From Eledone cirrhosa (Eukaryota), in NCBI GenBank assembly GCA_964016885.1, contig OZ024742.1, forward strand, positions 349,804,001 through 349,868,000: a stretch of 64,000 bases of DNA, in the 5' to 3' direction. Both the position numbers and the translations under genes were made by a program. The notes below the pieces were generated by a model that was not told where the DNA came from, ran no database searches, and saw only the letters and a list, made by a program, of their open reading frames with translations. Shown in pieces: positions 29,518 through 41,519 of this stretch; position 1 is the first letter of the stretch; the number at the start of each line of letters is the position of its first letter.

Positions 29518-29719
29518 AAATACAAAAGATAGTACTAATGGGAACTGCCCATATACTAAGGAAGATCCTGTCAATATAAGTACATCACAAGTCTAAACAC
29601 TAAGGATGCATGTGTGAATATGTATGTTCTTTCTTGAACATGGCGGACCTTGTTGTCTCTTGAGGTCACTGGTTGTGTCTTGGTGATAACTCGTATAAAC
29701 ATAAAGCAAGATAAATGCA
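29518..29719 (+). mobile_element. 5'-truncated 3' tip of R4/Dong family 2
   Basis: Encodes IQKIVLMGTAHILRKILSI*, matches 36705-36755, followed by a 3' UTR ending in (AAT)n. Confidence 0.85.
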
Positions 29720-29764
<45 letters not shown>

Positions 29765-29766
<2 letters not shown>

Positions 29767-30600
29767 TTTCTTTATTAACCACAAGGGTTTACATAAAGTA
29801 GACATTAAGGACAGTGCAGGACAATGCAGTACGGTACAAATGGGCATTTCTCCGTGTAAAAAACAAAAACAGAGGATGTAACAAAAAAAAAACAATGAAA
29901 AACAGTGACCCTGAACACCAAGGCAAGTGCCCTCTCCCAGTTTTCCACCTTTAATTTACAGATATATACTCAGAGTAGGCCCATTCACTCGGGCCATTCT
30001 TGCTTCTCTCACCCATCTTTCAACAAAATGCTGGGAAGAGAGCACTTCCCTCTCTACTCTGATTTTCCTTTTCAAATAAAATTTGAAAAAGTCAATCAGG
30101 GCATCACCGAAGAGGTAAGTGCTCGTCTTCAGCCCTTTCAAACGTGTCCACCATACTATCTCTTTCGCCATGGCCACCAGACAGATAAAAACTGCCTGCC
30201 CTTCCCGGCTAAAGGAGGAGGGCGGGGCAATCCTCACGATGGACTCAGATGATAGCCGGATCCGTCCTATACGCGACAGCAGGTGTTCGACATAAACCCA
30301 CAAGTCAGCAATTTTCGGACACTGGACGAGTGCGTGCAGGACGGTTTCGTCGCCCTGCGCGCATCTCGGACATGCCCGGCTGACGGCACCTCCATGCCTG
30401 TAGAGTTTATCCCGAACTGGCAAGGCTCCTCGGTAGCACTGCCAGGCCAGAGATTTCTGGAAGTTGTCCATAGGCCCCGGCCCGAAAGTTCTTCCGAAGA
30501 TCTTGGCTAGTTGATTTTCGTCGACGCCTAGAGTTTCCCCAAGTACGTCGTCGCTCTTCCCCTCCACTAATCCTCTATAGAACGCCGAGGTGGAGTTTCC
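29765..30600 (-). mobile_element. 5'-truncated Tx1-like copy C (family B)
   Basis: ORF 29956-30567 is nearly identical to the C-terminus of B ORF2; same 3' end; (AAT)n on both sides (29720-29764, 30602-30672). Confidence 0.92.
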
Positions 30601-30601
30601 A

Positions 30602-30673
<72 letters not shown>

Positions 30674-31658
30674 GAAGAAGGGAAGAAGACGCACGCGGTG
30701 GTAGAAGGTCATGAAATCGCTCCCGTAAGTTTTTGATTTTTAACATATTTAAATCAATTGTGAAATAACAATTCTTAGTACAAATGATGCATAAACCACC
30801 GAATCAAGTCTCATAAAATTTCGGATCCATATTATATTGTTATATCGCTCAAATATTCAATTTTGTATTATATATTTTGCATTCAAAAAAGAAAATGGTT
30901 ATAAATGGAAGAAAACACCCTCTGTCTACACTATATAGAACAGCCAAATAACAGCAATTTCACCAACACCAGAAACTTGATACACCACCCACCCCATCAC
31001 ACTAAATATAACAGCCAGATAACGGCAATTTCACCACCACCACCACCAATCCCAGCACCATAATAATAATTACTATTATTATTGTCTCAAGTTTTAACAA
31101 AATGTTTAATTCCAATTTTACGGGAATATGTCAACACAATATATATTAAACATACGCGACACAAACTCATAGATACTACATATCACAAAACTCAGTAACG
31201 ACAACGCCACCGCCGCCACCACTCCATCCATCATTGCTACCACTATCCCATCACCGCCGCCACCACGCCTTCATTGCTACCACCACTATTCCCCTGTTAA
31301 TTTAAGAAAGGGGAAGGTGGCGATATCACTAGACAAGGGAGAGGCTAGCAAAAGATATAAATAGATTGACTTAGTGACCTGGCCACCGGCCAAACGTCAA
31401 CAACTATGGCACTGCTGGCTCCCCCCTTCCTCACCGACAATATAAAAAGCCCCAGCACCCCCACCGACATAGCCAACAACAATAACAGGCAACTTCAGCA
31501 AAAAGTATATTATATTATTGTAATGCACTGGGTGATTGTTGGCCTTGTGCCTGGAGTGGAGACAATTATTAATAATTTCATTCTTAAGCCACGCAATGCT
31601 CACATTAAGAAACCACTCATGATAATAACAATTTATAAAAAAAACAACAAAAAGAAAA

Positions 31659-34600
31659 CCCCGTGACCAAGAAATACCGGGATGGCGGCTGGCGGGGAAT
31701 AGCCGTGTCTCTAGGGGAGAACGACCCCTCTAGTCTTGGTTGACACTCGTTCTAGAAGTGGTAACACAAAATGATTACCCCTTGGCGGATAAGGATAAAA
31801 CGCGACAAAATAAAGTAAATGTCTAATGATAAAATCTCATACCGGATCGGCCGTCACCCGGGTAAAAAAGGGCCGCGTCCCTCAGAGAGGAACCAGACTG
31901 GGGTCGAAAAATCAGCTAATGGTTCAAACCTTCCCATCACTTCGGAGCTGGAGACCTCCCATAACCGGAATACTCCTACTGTTGGCCCTCCATGCTCACC
32001 ACCAAGAAATCCAAAGAAAAAGAGAGAAAAATGGTCAAGGGAAGATAATAAAGAAGTCCTTGAGGCTTTCTACACTGCCATGTACTACCCATCAAATACA
32101 TCGAATACAGAACAGACATATATCAACTGGAAAAAGAAACATCCCGAAAACAGAGGCTATATTGACAGTAACAAACTAGCCAATATACGAAGAAATATTG
32201 TAAGAAAAAAGTTACTAACTGATATAGAAATTGATCAGATCAAGCTATTAGCACAAAGTCAGCGAAGGGAAAATGAAACATGTGTCAGTGAAAACGAGGT
32301 AAATTGTAACACTTCGAATCCCAGGGTTGGGGCGGAATCACTGGCAACAGAACAAATTAAAGAAAGGATCGAAAAAGTGGAGGGAGTGCATGCTCAAGAT
32401 GAAACTCCAAATGAAAATAATGAGATCGTAAATAATAAAGAAATGAATGAGAATGAACTTGCCAACTTGAAGGATGAAATTATGATCAAATGGATGAAAA
32501 TGAAAGAATCTGACATGGGGCAACGAGACACCCTCCCTAAGATCCAGAACTCCAAACAGAACCAAAAGATAATACACAAGACTAACATAATTCTCAAAAA
32601 CATTATCATCACAAACAAACGAAACATTACTGATTTAAATCATCTCTATTATGCATCGGCTAAAGTCACCACTCACTTATGTGGAGTGAAGATGAAAAAA
32701 CAAAGGAATTCCCACAAGAAATCTACTTGGCAAGAGAACATCAATCGCCAAATAAACCTTCTCCGATCTGACATAGAAATTTTAACAAACTATAAAGTAG
32801 GTGAACATGTTAAACAAACTAAACTTAGAAAATTGAAAAGAAAGTACAGTATAAAATCAACAAGTGACATAGACATGCTGATAGAAATAATCAAGCAAAA
32901 AGTGTCGGCCAAAGCTACTCGTATAAGGCGCTTTGAAAAACGATCTAGATTCTATAAGGAGAATAATATGTTCAAAAACAACCAAAGAAACTTCTACAGA
33001 AAAATTGGTAAGTCAACAATAACTGCTAAATCAATACCACCCAAGGAGGAAGTGCAAGAATTCTGGGAAAAGATCTGGGCCGAAGAAAAAGTTCATAACA
33101 TACATGCCCCATGACAGACAAATGAAAGATACAGCTCACCTTGAGGAACAAATATGGGAAAATATAACAGTTGAACAGTTGCGCTTGGCTCTAAGAAAAA
33201 CCAGCAAATGGAAATCCCCAGGAAAAGACAAAATACAAAATTTTTGGATAAATGCCTTCACAGAGACTCATGAGCTGTTAGCCCAACTTTACAATGAAAT
33301 AGTTAAGGAGCCAGAAAAGATACCATCATGGCTAGTTAACGGCATTACATTCCTGCTTCCGAAGAATGATGAGACAAACAGTCCCAAAAATTACAGACCG
33401 ATAACTTGCTTGACCACAATGTATAAAATTTTAACATCAGTCCTAACTTAATACACATATGACCACCTGATAACAAATGACCTATTTCCCATTGAGCAGA
33501 AAGGGTGTAAACGAGGCTCATATGGCTGTAAGGATCAGCTTTTGGTTAACAAAATGATACTGAAAGATTGTCATAATAGACACAAAAATCTATCGATTGC
33601 TTGGATAGATTATAAAAAAGCATTCGATAGTTTGCCACACAGTTGGATTGAAAAATGTTTAGAGATTTTCAAAATATCCCCCGTTGTCAGGAGGTTTTTG
33701 TCATTCAGTATGAAGACATGGAAAACGACACTCCTTTTGAATAGTGAAACAAAATCACTGGAAGCTGGAGAAGTTAATATTAATTGTGGAATTTTTCAGG
33801 GTGACTCTTTATCACCGCTTTTATTCTGCATCGCACTTATACCATTAAGTAAAATGCTCAATGAAACAAAACATGGATATAAAGTCTATGACAAAACCAT
33901 TAATCACTTGTTCTACATGGATGACCTGAAACTATTTGCAAAAAATGATGAGCAATTGCAAGGGCTATTATGCACTGTGGAGCAGTTCAGTGATGACATT
34001 AAAATGGAGTTTGGACTAGATAAATGTGCCAAAGCAACGTTCACCAGAGGAAAGCTGCTGAAGAGTTCAGACATTAATCTTGATCGGGGGAACGTGATAA
34101 GAGAACTTGATCAAGAAAAAACTTACAAATATCTAGGTGTTTGTGAACAAAAAGGAATGTTGCTGAACAAAAAGAAATGGATAGGAAGACTAGGAAGCTA
34201 TTGACTATCTACAATATGTTCCACAAGAGGAGTGATGTCGATAGACTCTACTTAAGGAGATCTGAAGGTGGAAAAGGTCTTATCAGCATAGAGGACTGTG
34301 TTCAGATGGAGAAAAACAACCTACACAAATACGTGACTGATAGTAAGGAGCCAATGCTCAGAACTGTACTGAAGGAGGGGACAATAGGCCAGGGGATGTC
34401 CAAGGAGGAAATAACATCAAGGAGAAAGAGCAGCCTTCAGGAAAAAATCCCTTCATAGTACCTTCTTTGAGAAAACTGAATTTAGAGATCCACAGACATG
34501 GAACTGGTTGAAAAGAGGAGACCTTAAAAAGGCCACAGAAGGAATGTTAATGGCTGCGCAGGAGCAGGCCCCCAAAACGAAGTGGTTGAAACACCACATT

Positions 34601-35273
34601 TACAAGGAGGAGGCTAGCCCACAGTGCAGGATCTGTGGAGAGAGAGAGGAGACTGTGGCTCACATTGTATCCGAGTGTAAACACCTAGCCCAGACTCACT
34701 ATAAGGGCTGGAGACATGATGTGATGGGCAGGGTGATCCACTGGCACCTATGCAAAGTAAACAATTTACAACCTTCTGAGAAGTGGTATGAGCATAAGCC
34801 AGAGGCGGTGATAGAAAACGATCAGGTGAAGGTGCTGTGGGATTTTAGGATACAGACGGACAAGAAACTGGAACACAATAGACCTGACCTGGTGGTTTTG
34901 GACAAAGAAATAACATCGTGCCTGATTGTGGATGTGGCCTGCCCATTCGACACGAGAGTGCAAGAGAAGGAGAGGGAGAAAATTAACCGATACCAGGACC
35001 TAAAGTGGGAGGTAAAAAGGATTTGGAACTGCCATGAAGTCAAAGTGATCCCGATTGTCATAGGCGCACTAGGGACTATCTCAAAAAGTTTCCAGGGATG
35101 GTTAAAGAAAATTGGCCCCTTCACGCTTTTTGGAACGCTTCAAAAGGCATGCTTTCTGGGAACAGCAAGAACCCTCCGATACGTCCTGAATATCTGAGGC
35201 TGCAGGTAGTGGCTTGATATTCATTTCAACAAACTTTTCAGTTAACAAACATCAATGACTGAGACTCAAAGAG
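31659..35273 (+). mobile_element. R4/Dong-clade non-LTR retrotransposon (single ORF, RT plus restriction-like endonuclease), near full length, disrupted
   Basis: RT and RLE motifs; 3' end runs into TAATAATAAT; degenerate A/AAC-rich tract upstream. The 5' boundary is approximate. Confidence 0.9.
31819..35197 (+). pseudogene. R4/Dong RT-RLE polyprotein, broken into 5 ORFs
   Basis: [43 protein letters not shown]; CRIC..H...C, RHD, RPDLVV..D, EK..RYQDL (PD-D/E nuclease). Confidence 0.92.
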
Positions 35274-35285
35274 TAATAATAATAA

Positions 35286-35357
35286 TTGTTTCTACTTTAG
35301 GCACAAGGCCAGCAATTACCAGTGCATTACTGGTACTTTATTTTATCGACCCCGTAA
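35286..35357 (-). mobile_element. SINE 3' fragment (family of 46851-47040)
   Basis: tgtttctactttaggcacaaggccagcaatt...tcgacccc, shared with the other copies. Confidence 0.75.
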
Positions 35358-35407
35358 AATAATAATAATAAAGAGTAATAATAATAAAGAGTAATGATAA
35401 TAATAAT

Positions 35408-36299
35408 GATTTCTTTATTAACCACAAGGGTTTACACAAAGTAGACATTAAGGACAGTACAGGACAATACAGGACGGTACAAATGGGCATTTCTGCGTGT
35501 AAAAAAAACAAAGAATAGAGGATGTATAAAAAAAAACAATGGAAAATTCCCCAATAGGGGGGGGGGGAATTTCCGAGGGCCATCGTGGAGAAAGCCTATT
35601 AGAAAAAGCCACGGTCACCCTGACCATCAGGGCAAGTGCCCTCTCCCAGTTTCCCACCTTCAATTTACAGGCATATACTCACCCATCTTTCAACAAAATG
35701 CTGGGAGAGAGCACTTCCCTCTCTACCCTGATTTTCCTTTTCAAATGAAATTTGAAAAAGTAAATCAGGGCATCACTGAAGAGGTAAGTGCTCGTCTTCA
35801 CCCCTTTCAGACGCGTCCACCATACCATCTCTTTCACCATGGCCACAAGACAGATAAAAACTGCCTGCCCTTCTCTGCTAAAGGAAGAGGGCGGGGCGAT
35901 CCTCACGATGGACTCAGCTGATAGCTGGATCCGTTCTACACGCGACAGCAGGTGTTCGATATAAACCCACAAGTCAGCAATGCTCGGACACTGGACGAGT
36001 GCATGCAGGACGGTTTCGTCGCCCTGAGCGCATCTCGGACATGCCCGGCTGACGACACTTACGTGCCTGTAGAGTTTATCCCGAACTGGCAAAGCTCCTC
36101 GGTAGCACTGCCAGGCCAGGGATTTCTGGAAATTGTCCATAGGCCCCGGCCCGAAAGTTCTTCCGAAGAGATTGGTTAGTTGATTTTCGTCGACATTAAG
36201 GACAGTACAGCATTTCTGCGTGTAAAAAAAACAAAAAACAGAGGATGTAATAATAGAACAATGAAAAAATTCGCCAATAGGGGGGAGACTTCCGAGGCC
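35408..36299 (-). mobile_element. 5'-truncated Tx1-like copy D (35408-36194) fused to a second 3'-UTR fragment (36192-36299), family B
   Basis: MDNFQKSLAWQCYRGALPVRDKLYRH..CPRC; same 3' terminus; followed by (AAT)n 36300-36328. Confidence 0.88.
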
Positions 36300-36328
<29 letters not shown>

Positions 36329-36330
<2 letters not shown>

Positions 36331-36755
36331 GCATTTTGACCTGCCCCATCAAAAGAATTGGTGGGAGCATCAACCACCACCCATACTTGAAAAAGATCAC
36401 ATCTCAATCTTGTGGAACTTTAGCATCCAAACAGACCAAAAAATAGATGCAAATAGACCTGATATAATACTGAAGGACTTTAAAAAGAGGGTATGCCTGC
36501 TAATTGATATGTCTGTTCCAATAGACAAGAATGTATCTATAAAAACATTTGAAAAATTGAGTATAAGGACCTGGAGATAGAAATTGGAAACATGTGGAAA
36601 TTGAGAACTAAAACAATACCAGTGGTTGTAGGCGTTCTAGGAATGATACCTAAGGGGTCTAATGATTATTTATCGCAAATCCCAGGAAACCCGCGTATAG
36701 GAGAAATACAAAATATAGTACTAATGGGAACTGCCCATATACTAAGGAAGATTCT
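36329..36755 (+). mobile_element. R4/Dong family 2 RLE-domain fragment
   Basis: Hand translation: WWEHQPPPILEKDHISILWNFSIQTDQKIDANRPDIILKD..LIDMSVP..(frameshift)YKDLEIEI..IPVVVGVLG..MGTAHILRK; starts directly after (AAT)n. Confidence 0.88.
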
Positions 36756-36781
36756 TTGTTGACTTTAATAGAATGTATACA

Positions 36782-36905
36782 CGGCGAATTGACAGAATCA
36801 TTAGAACATTGGGTAAAGTGCTTTGCGGTATTAATTCTGGCTTTCTATGTTCTGAGTTCAAATCCCACGGAGGTCAACTTTGTTTTCCATCTTTTCGAGG
36901 TCGAT
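36782..36905 (+). mobile_element. tRNA-derived SINE head fragment
   Basis: ctgagttcaaatccc B-box plus gaggtcaactttg..ttcgaggtcgat, shared with the other copies. Confidence 0.7.
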
Positions 36906-37526
36906 GAAAATATCAGTCCAGTTCTAAGGCCGATTCGTCTTCTATGTATCTTTCACATGCTCCTCTTCCCTGTCTTTTCCCTTCTCAGACAGGGCTGTGT
37001 TCAGACGGGTCCATACCTACAATATCAGAGAGTATAAACAGATTTTAAGAGGTCAAAAAATATTTAGGAATGGTGAAGCCAACTGAATAGAGAATAGCAG
37101 TTAGTTGGATATGAAACAAAATATATTCCTATAAAAGCAAGGAAGCAATAGATATAATCAATCGTATGCGATGGAAAATACAACAGCAGGAAAAAGAAAA
37201 GGACGACCACCGAAACTAGAAATGTTTGACTGTTGGTGGCACAATTGACCCTTATAACTTAAAGACAAAGAAAAATCAGACCTCGTGGATATGATAAAGA
37301 ATATATAATTAAAGATGTATAGAAAGGGCCTGTCAAACAGCATTGAGATATGAGATATGAGAAATGTAAAGAAGCAACCTTCATATGAGAAGACAACAAC
37401 AACAAAACTATGTGTACAAGAAACAAAGACCTCTTCCTGCAGAACATCATAATAAAACATTAAAAAAACATTAATATACACAACGTAATTAAGAGAGAAA
37501 CATTGGAATTAGCAATGGGTTTATAA

Positions 37527-37811
37527 ATAGAAGAGAGAATAGAGCGCCTACCAAGATAAAAGCCATACATCACACTGAAAGACGAAGAAACCAATCTCTT
37601 GACATACTCTAAATGCAGATTAATTAATCCAACGAAGAATGAAAAGGCGAAGTGAACAGAACTCCTCGAAGATATCAAATACAAAATTAGACAAGCAATA
37701 AGACCAATACAATGAAACAACTACACATCCATCATCGAATTCTTCAACAATATAAAGAATAAAATGTTTTTCATACAATTTGACGCTGGAAAATTTCACC
37801 TGTTGATTGGG
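37527..37811 (+). pseudogene. Decayed Penelope-like element reverse transcriptase fragment
   Basis: One frame with 3 stops: PYITLKDEETN..KCRLINPTKNE..IQ*NN..IIEFFNNIKNKMFFIQFDAGKFH, resembling the PLE RT pattern ITLKDHK..CRLINP..FIQFDI..FY (from memory). Confidence 0.68.
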
Positions 37812-38559
37812 AAAATACTTTATAATAAAAGCAGTGTATCTTTAAGACGATATGAGTGTGATTTGGCTGCTATTTCTGAATATTTCAGCGAACACATAGA
37901 AGCAGCACCTTGAAATGAAATACGAACGTGTTTAACCAAATGAGTTTCAAACTAAAAACAAGATGGTTGGATAACATCCGTGAACTTGGTTGGTTTCCAG
38001 CTGGATCAGTTGGAGACGGTTGCTTCTGTCAGGATCCGCTGGAAGGAGTGTTTGAGGACTCTGCCCCCACGATTCTAGGGAAATGGTGTATATGAGAGAT
38101 GGGGATAGCGGGAGAGACTGAGGCAGTGGCAGTGGGAGCTTAGTTCCATTGTGTTCGGACCTGGTATGTCTTGAAAATATCTAATAATTCTTAAAGTACT
38201 GTTACCTTAAACTACTGTTAACGATGGCAAATTTAGATGAAACATTAGGACTTATAACTCTTGATTTAGGTTCCAAGTGTTTAGATATAATGGACACTAA
38301 ATATATAAATCATAATCCACTAGGTGTGTAGACAAGTGTGTATACACTAGGTGTGTATACACATACAATAGATGGTGGTGCTCTTTCATTGATTACCCTC
38401 CCATTTAATTGTCTCTACAAACCAATAATCACGACCCACTGCGATTTCAATTGCTACTTCTGTCTACATATACGGGGATCATCAGAAAGGTTCATAGGCT
38501 GACTGTGATGGAGTGATGATAGAGCTATGAAATCTTACGGGTGTATGTGTGTATAAATA

Positions 38560-39096
38560 CGAGGGTCGGCAGAAAAGTTCATAGGTGAATATGAAGCAGT
38601 GACGCTAAAGCTGTGAAATCTTGCATGCATTAATTTCAACTCTTATTAATAATTGTATTATTTCTTTCCAGGCACTATATTGAAAAATAAACCTCATTCG
38701 GTCATTCCACGAGAGTATCTTGGCCAGCCTATATAGAAGTGATGCTAGAGCTGTGAAATCATGTATGCATATATTTCAAATCATCTTATGAATAATTGCA
38801 TCGTTTCTTTCTAAGGAATATGTTGAAAAATAAACCTGATTTGGTCATTCCATGAGAGTATCTTGGTCATATACTGACAATGTACCTGATTTGGTCATTC
38901 AATGAGAGTTTCTTGGTCATATACTGACAATGTACCTGATTTGGTCATTCCATGAGAGTATCTTGGTCATATACTGACAATAAACCTGATTTGGTCATTC
39001 AATGAGAGTTTCTTGATCATATACTGACAATGTACCTGATTTGGTCATTCCATGAGAGTTTCTTGGTCAGCCTATGAACTTTACAGCCGGCCCTCG
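38560..39096. mobile_element. Tc1/mariner-type MITE with TA target duplication and an internal 50-bp tandem repeat
   Basis: TA-CGAGGGTCGGCAGAAAAGTTCATAGG ... CCTATGAACTTTACAGCCGGCCCTCG-TA inverted termini; ~4.7 copies of a 50-bp unit at 38835-39070; a partial extra left end near 38471. Confidence 0.85.
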
Positions 39097-39111
39097 TATA
39101 CTATAGGATTG

Positions 39112-39300
39112 TTGTTTCTAAGGCCAGTATTTTAAGGAGGGAAACGACAATTAAATCAACCCCAGTATCTTACTGGTACTATACTCTATCAACCCCGGAA
39201 AGATGAAAGACAAAGCTTACCTAGGCACGATTCGAATCCAGACCGTAAAGGGCCGTAACTAGATGCTACAAAACATTTTTTTCGACAATTTAACGATTTC
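39112..39300 (-). mobile_element. Diverged SINE copy
   Basis: tgtttcta.aggccag..ccccagt..tactggtact..gatgaaag..aaag..acct, shared with the family. Confidence 0.65.
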
Positions 39301-39353
39301 ATCGACCAACAACTCCCATTAGAGAGAATTTAATGATCTCCATCCATCCATCC

Positions 39354-39389
<36 letters not shown>

Positions 39390-40232
39390 ATGCGACGACG
39401 TTCTCGGGGAAACCCTATGCATCGAGGAGGACTAACTCACCAGTCCGTTCGGGAGGACTTCCGTCCAAGGCCTATGGAAAACTTCCAGAGGTCTCTGGTC
39501 TGGTAGTGCTACCGAGGAGCTCTACCAGTTCGAAACAAAATCTACAGGCACAGACGCCCTGGAAGAGATCCTGCCAAAAGGACCTGTCCAAGATGCGAGC
39601 AGGACACCGAAACCGTTCTGCACGCAATTGTTCAGTGCCCAGGGGTGACCGACCTATGGAATTATGTTGAACAGCTACTGTCACGTGTGGGACGCATCCA
39701 GTTGTCAGCCGAAACCATCGTGAGAATCACCCCGCCGCCTTCATTTAAGAATGAAGGAGATGAGATTTTCCTATGCCTGGTGGCTATGGCGAAAGAGGTA
39801 ACATGGAGGACGAGGTTAAAAGGACTGAGGGCAAGCACCTTTCTCTCCGGATAACAACTCAACCCCTTCTTTAAGTACCACTTCAGAAGGAAGGTGAGAG
39901 TGGAGAGAGAGGGGCTACACCCCAGTAAATTCGCTGAAAGGTGGGTGAATGTGGCGAAAATGGCCCGAGTGAATGGGCCTTCTCTGTATATAAACCTGTA
40001 GGTTGAAGAAGATAAACAGAGGGAAGACGGGAACACCTACAAAACGTGTTCCTGGTGTTGAGGGTTGTTCTATCCACGGGGTGTAAAACAACCCCGCAGT
40101 AGCGTTACCCCCTATTGGGGATTTCAATTGTTATTTTATTATATATTGTTTATTGTTATTTATTAATGTTAAAGTTATATGATTTTTATGTAAAACCCTC
40201 TCTGTCACGTCTTGTAATGTCCCTTTTTTGTA
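39390..40232 (+). mobile_element. 5'-truncated Tx1-like copy G next to (ATCT)n (39340-39388)
   Basis: Closely similar to 58450-59470 (DLWNYVEQLLSRVGRIQLSAE); 3' tip missing. Confidence 0.88.
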
Positions 40233-40441
40233 CGCAGATGCGAGAAAGACCACAAACCCTCCATCTCTATTCTACTTTTGAAAAGCATAAGAACTGTGAA
40301 GCCGGTAAAGGAAACAAATAAATATTCTTAAAAAGACTCCAGTTACATTTTACATTTCTTTTCCTTATACTTTCACCCGTGCAGGACATCACATGGTTTT
40401 CTTTTTCTTTTGTTTTTTTAATGAAAAAGCCTCATATTCTT

Positions 40442-40979
<538 letters not shown>

Positions 40980-41183
40980 CGTTTCTGAATTTGTTTAGCA
41001 AGATTCTTTATATGAAAACGTGTGTTGAAACCGATATTGTTATACTTTGGGAGGGTCATGTTGCCAATAAGAAACACACGGACCAGTTGCTTTCACATTC
41101 AATTTATTATAATAAATTGAAGTGGAAACAACTGGTGCGTGTGTTTCTTATTGGCAACATGACCCTCCCAAAGTATAACAATA
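40980..41183. mobile_element. Fold-back element: 150-bp palindrome (41034-41183) plus one-sided tail, in (TA)n
   Basis: atattgttatactttgggagggtcatgttgccaataagaaacacacg ... cgtgtgtttcttattggcaacatgaccctcccaaagtataacaatat. Confidence 0.8.
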
Positions 41184-41194
41184 TATATATATAT

Positions 41195-41386
41195 GACAAA
41201 GGAATTGTGGTAAGGAACCAGATGGACCATAACACACTACAGTACTCAATACTTAGGGTAGTAGAGTGGGAAATAGGAAAAAGTATGACCCCGACGGCAG
41301 AGCTCTAGCCGTTTCGGCAGCTATTTCTGGAGTCCAGAAATAGCCGTCGAAACGGCCTGAGCTCTGCCGTCGGGGTCATACTTTTT

Positions 41387-41391
<5 letters not shown>
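41195..41391. mobile_element. Fold-back element: tail plus 119-bp palindrome (41273-41391), in (TA)n; second copy 50243-50440, fragment 59578-59620
   Basis: taggaaaaagtatgaccccgacggcagagctc ... gagctctgccgtcggggtcatactttttccta; dispersed copies present in the window. Confidence 0.85.
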
Positions 41392-41424
<33 letters not shown>

Positions 41425-41479
41425 CGTTCACATTCACATACATTTGCATACATGTACATATATATACATATACACATGC

Positions 41480-41519
<40 letters not shown>

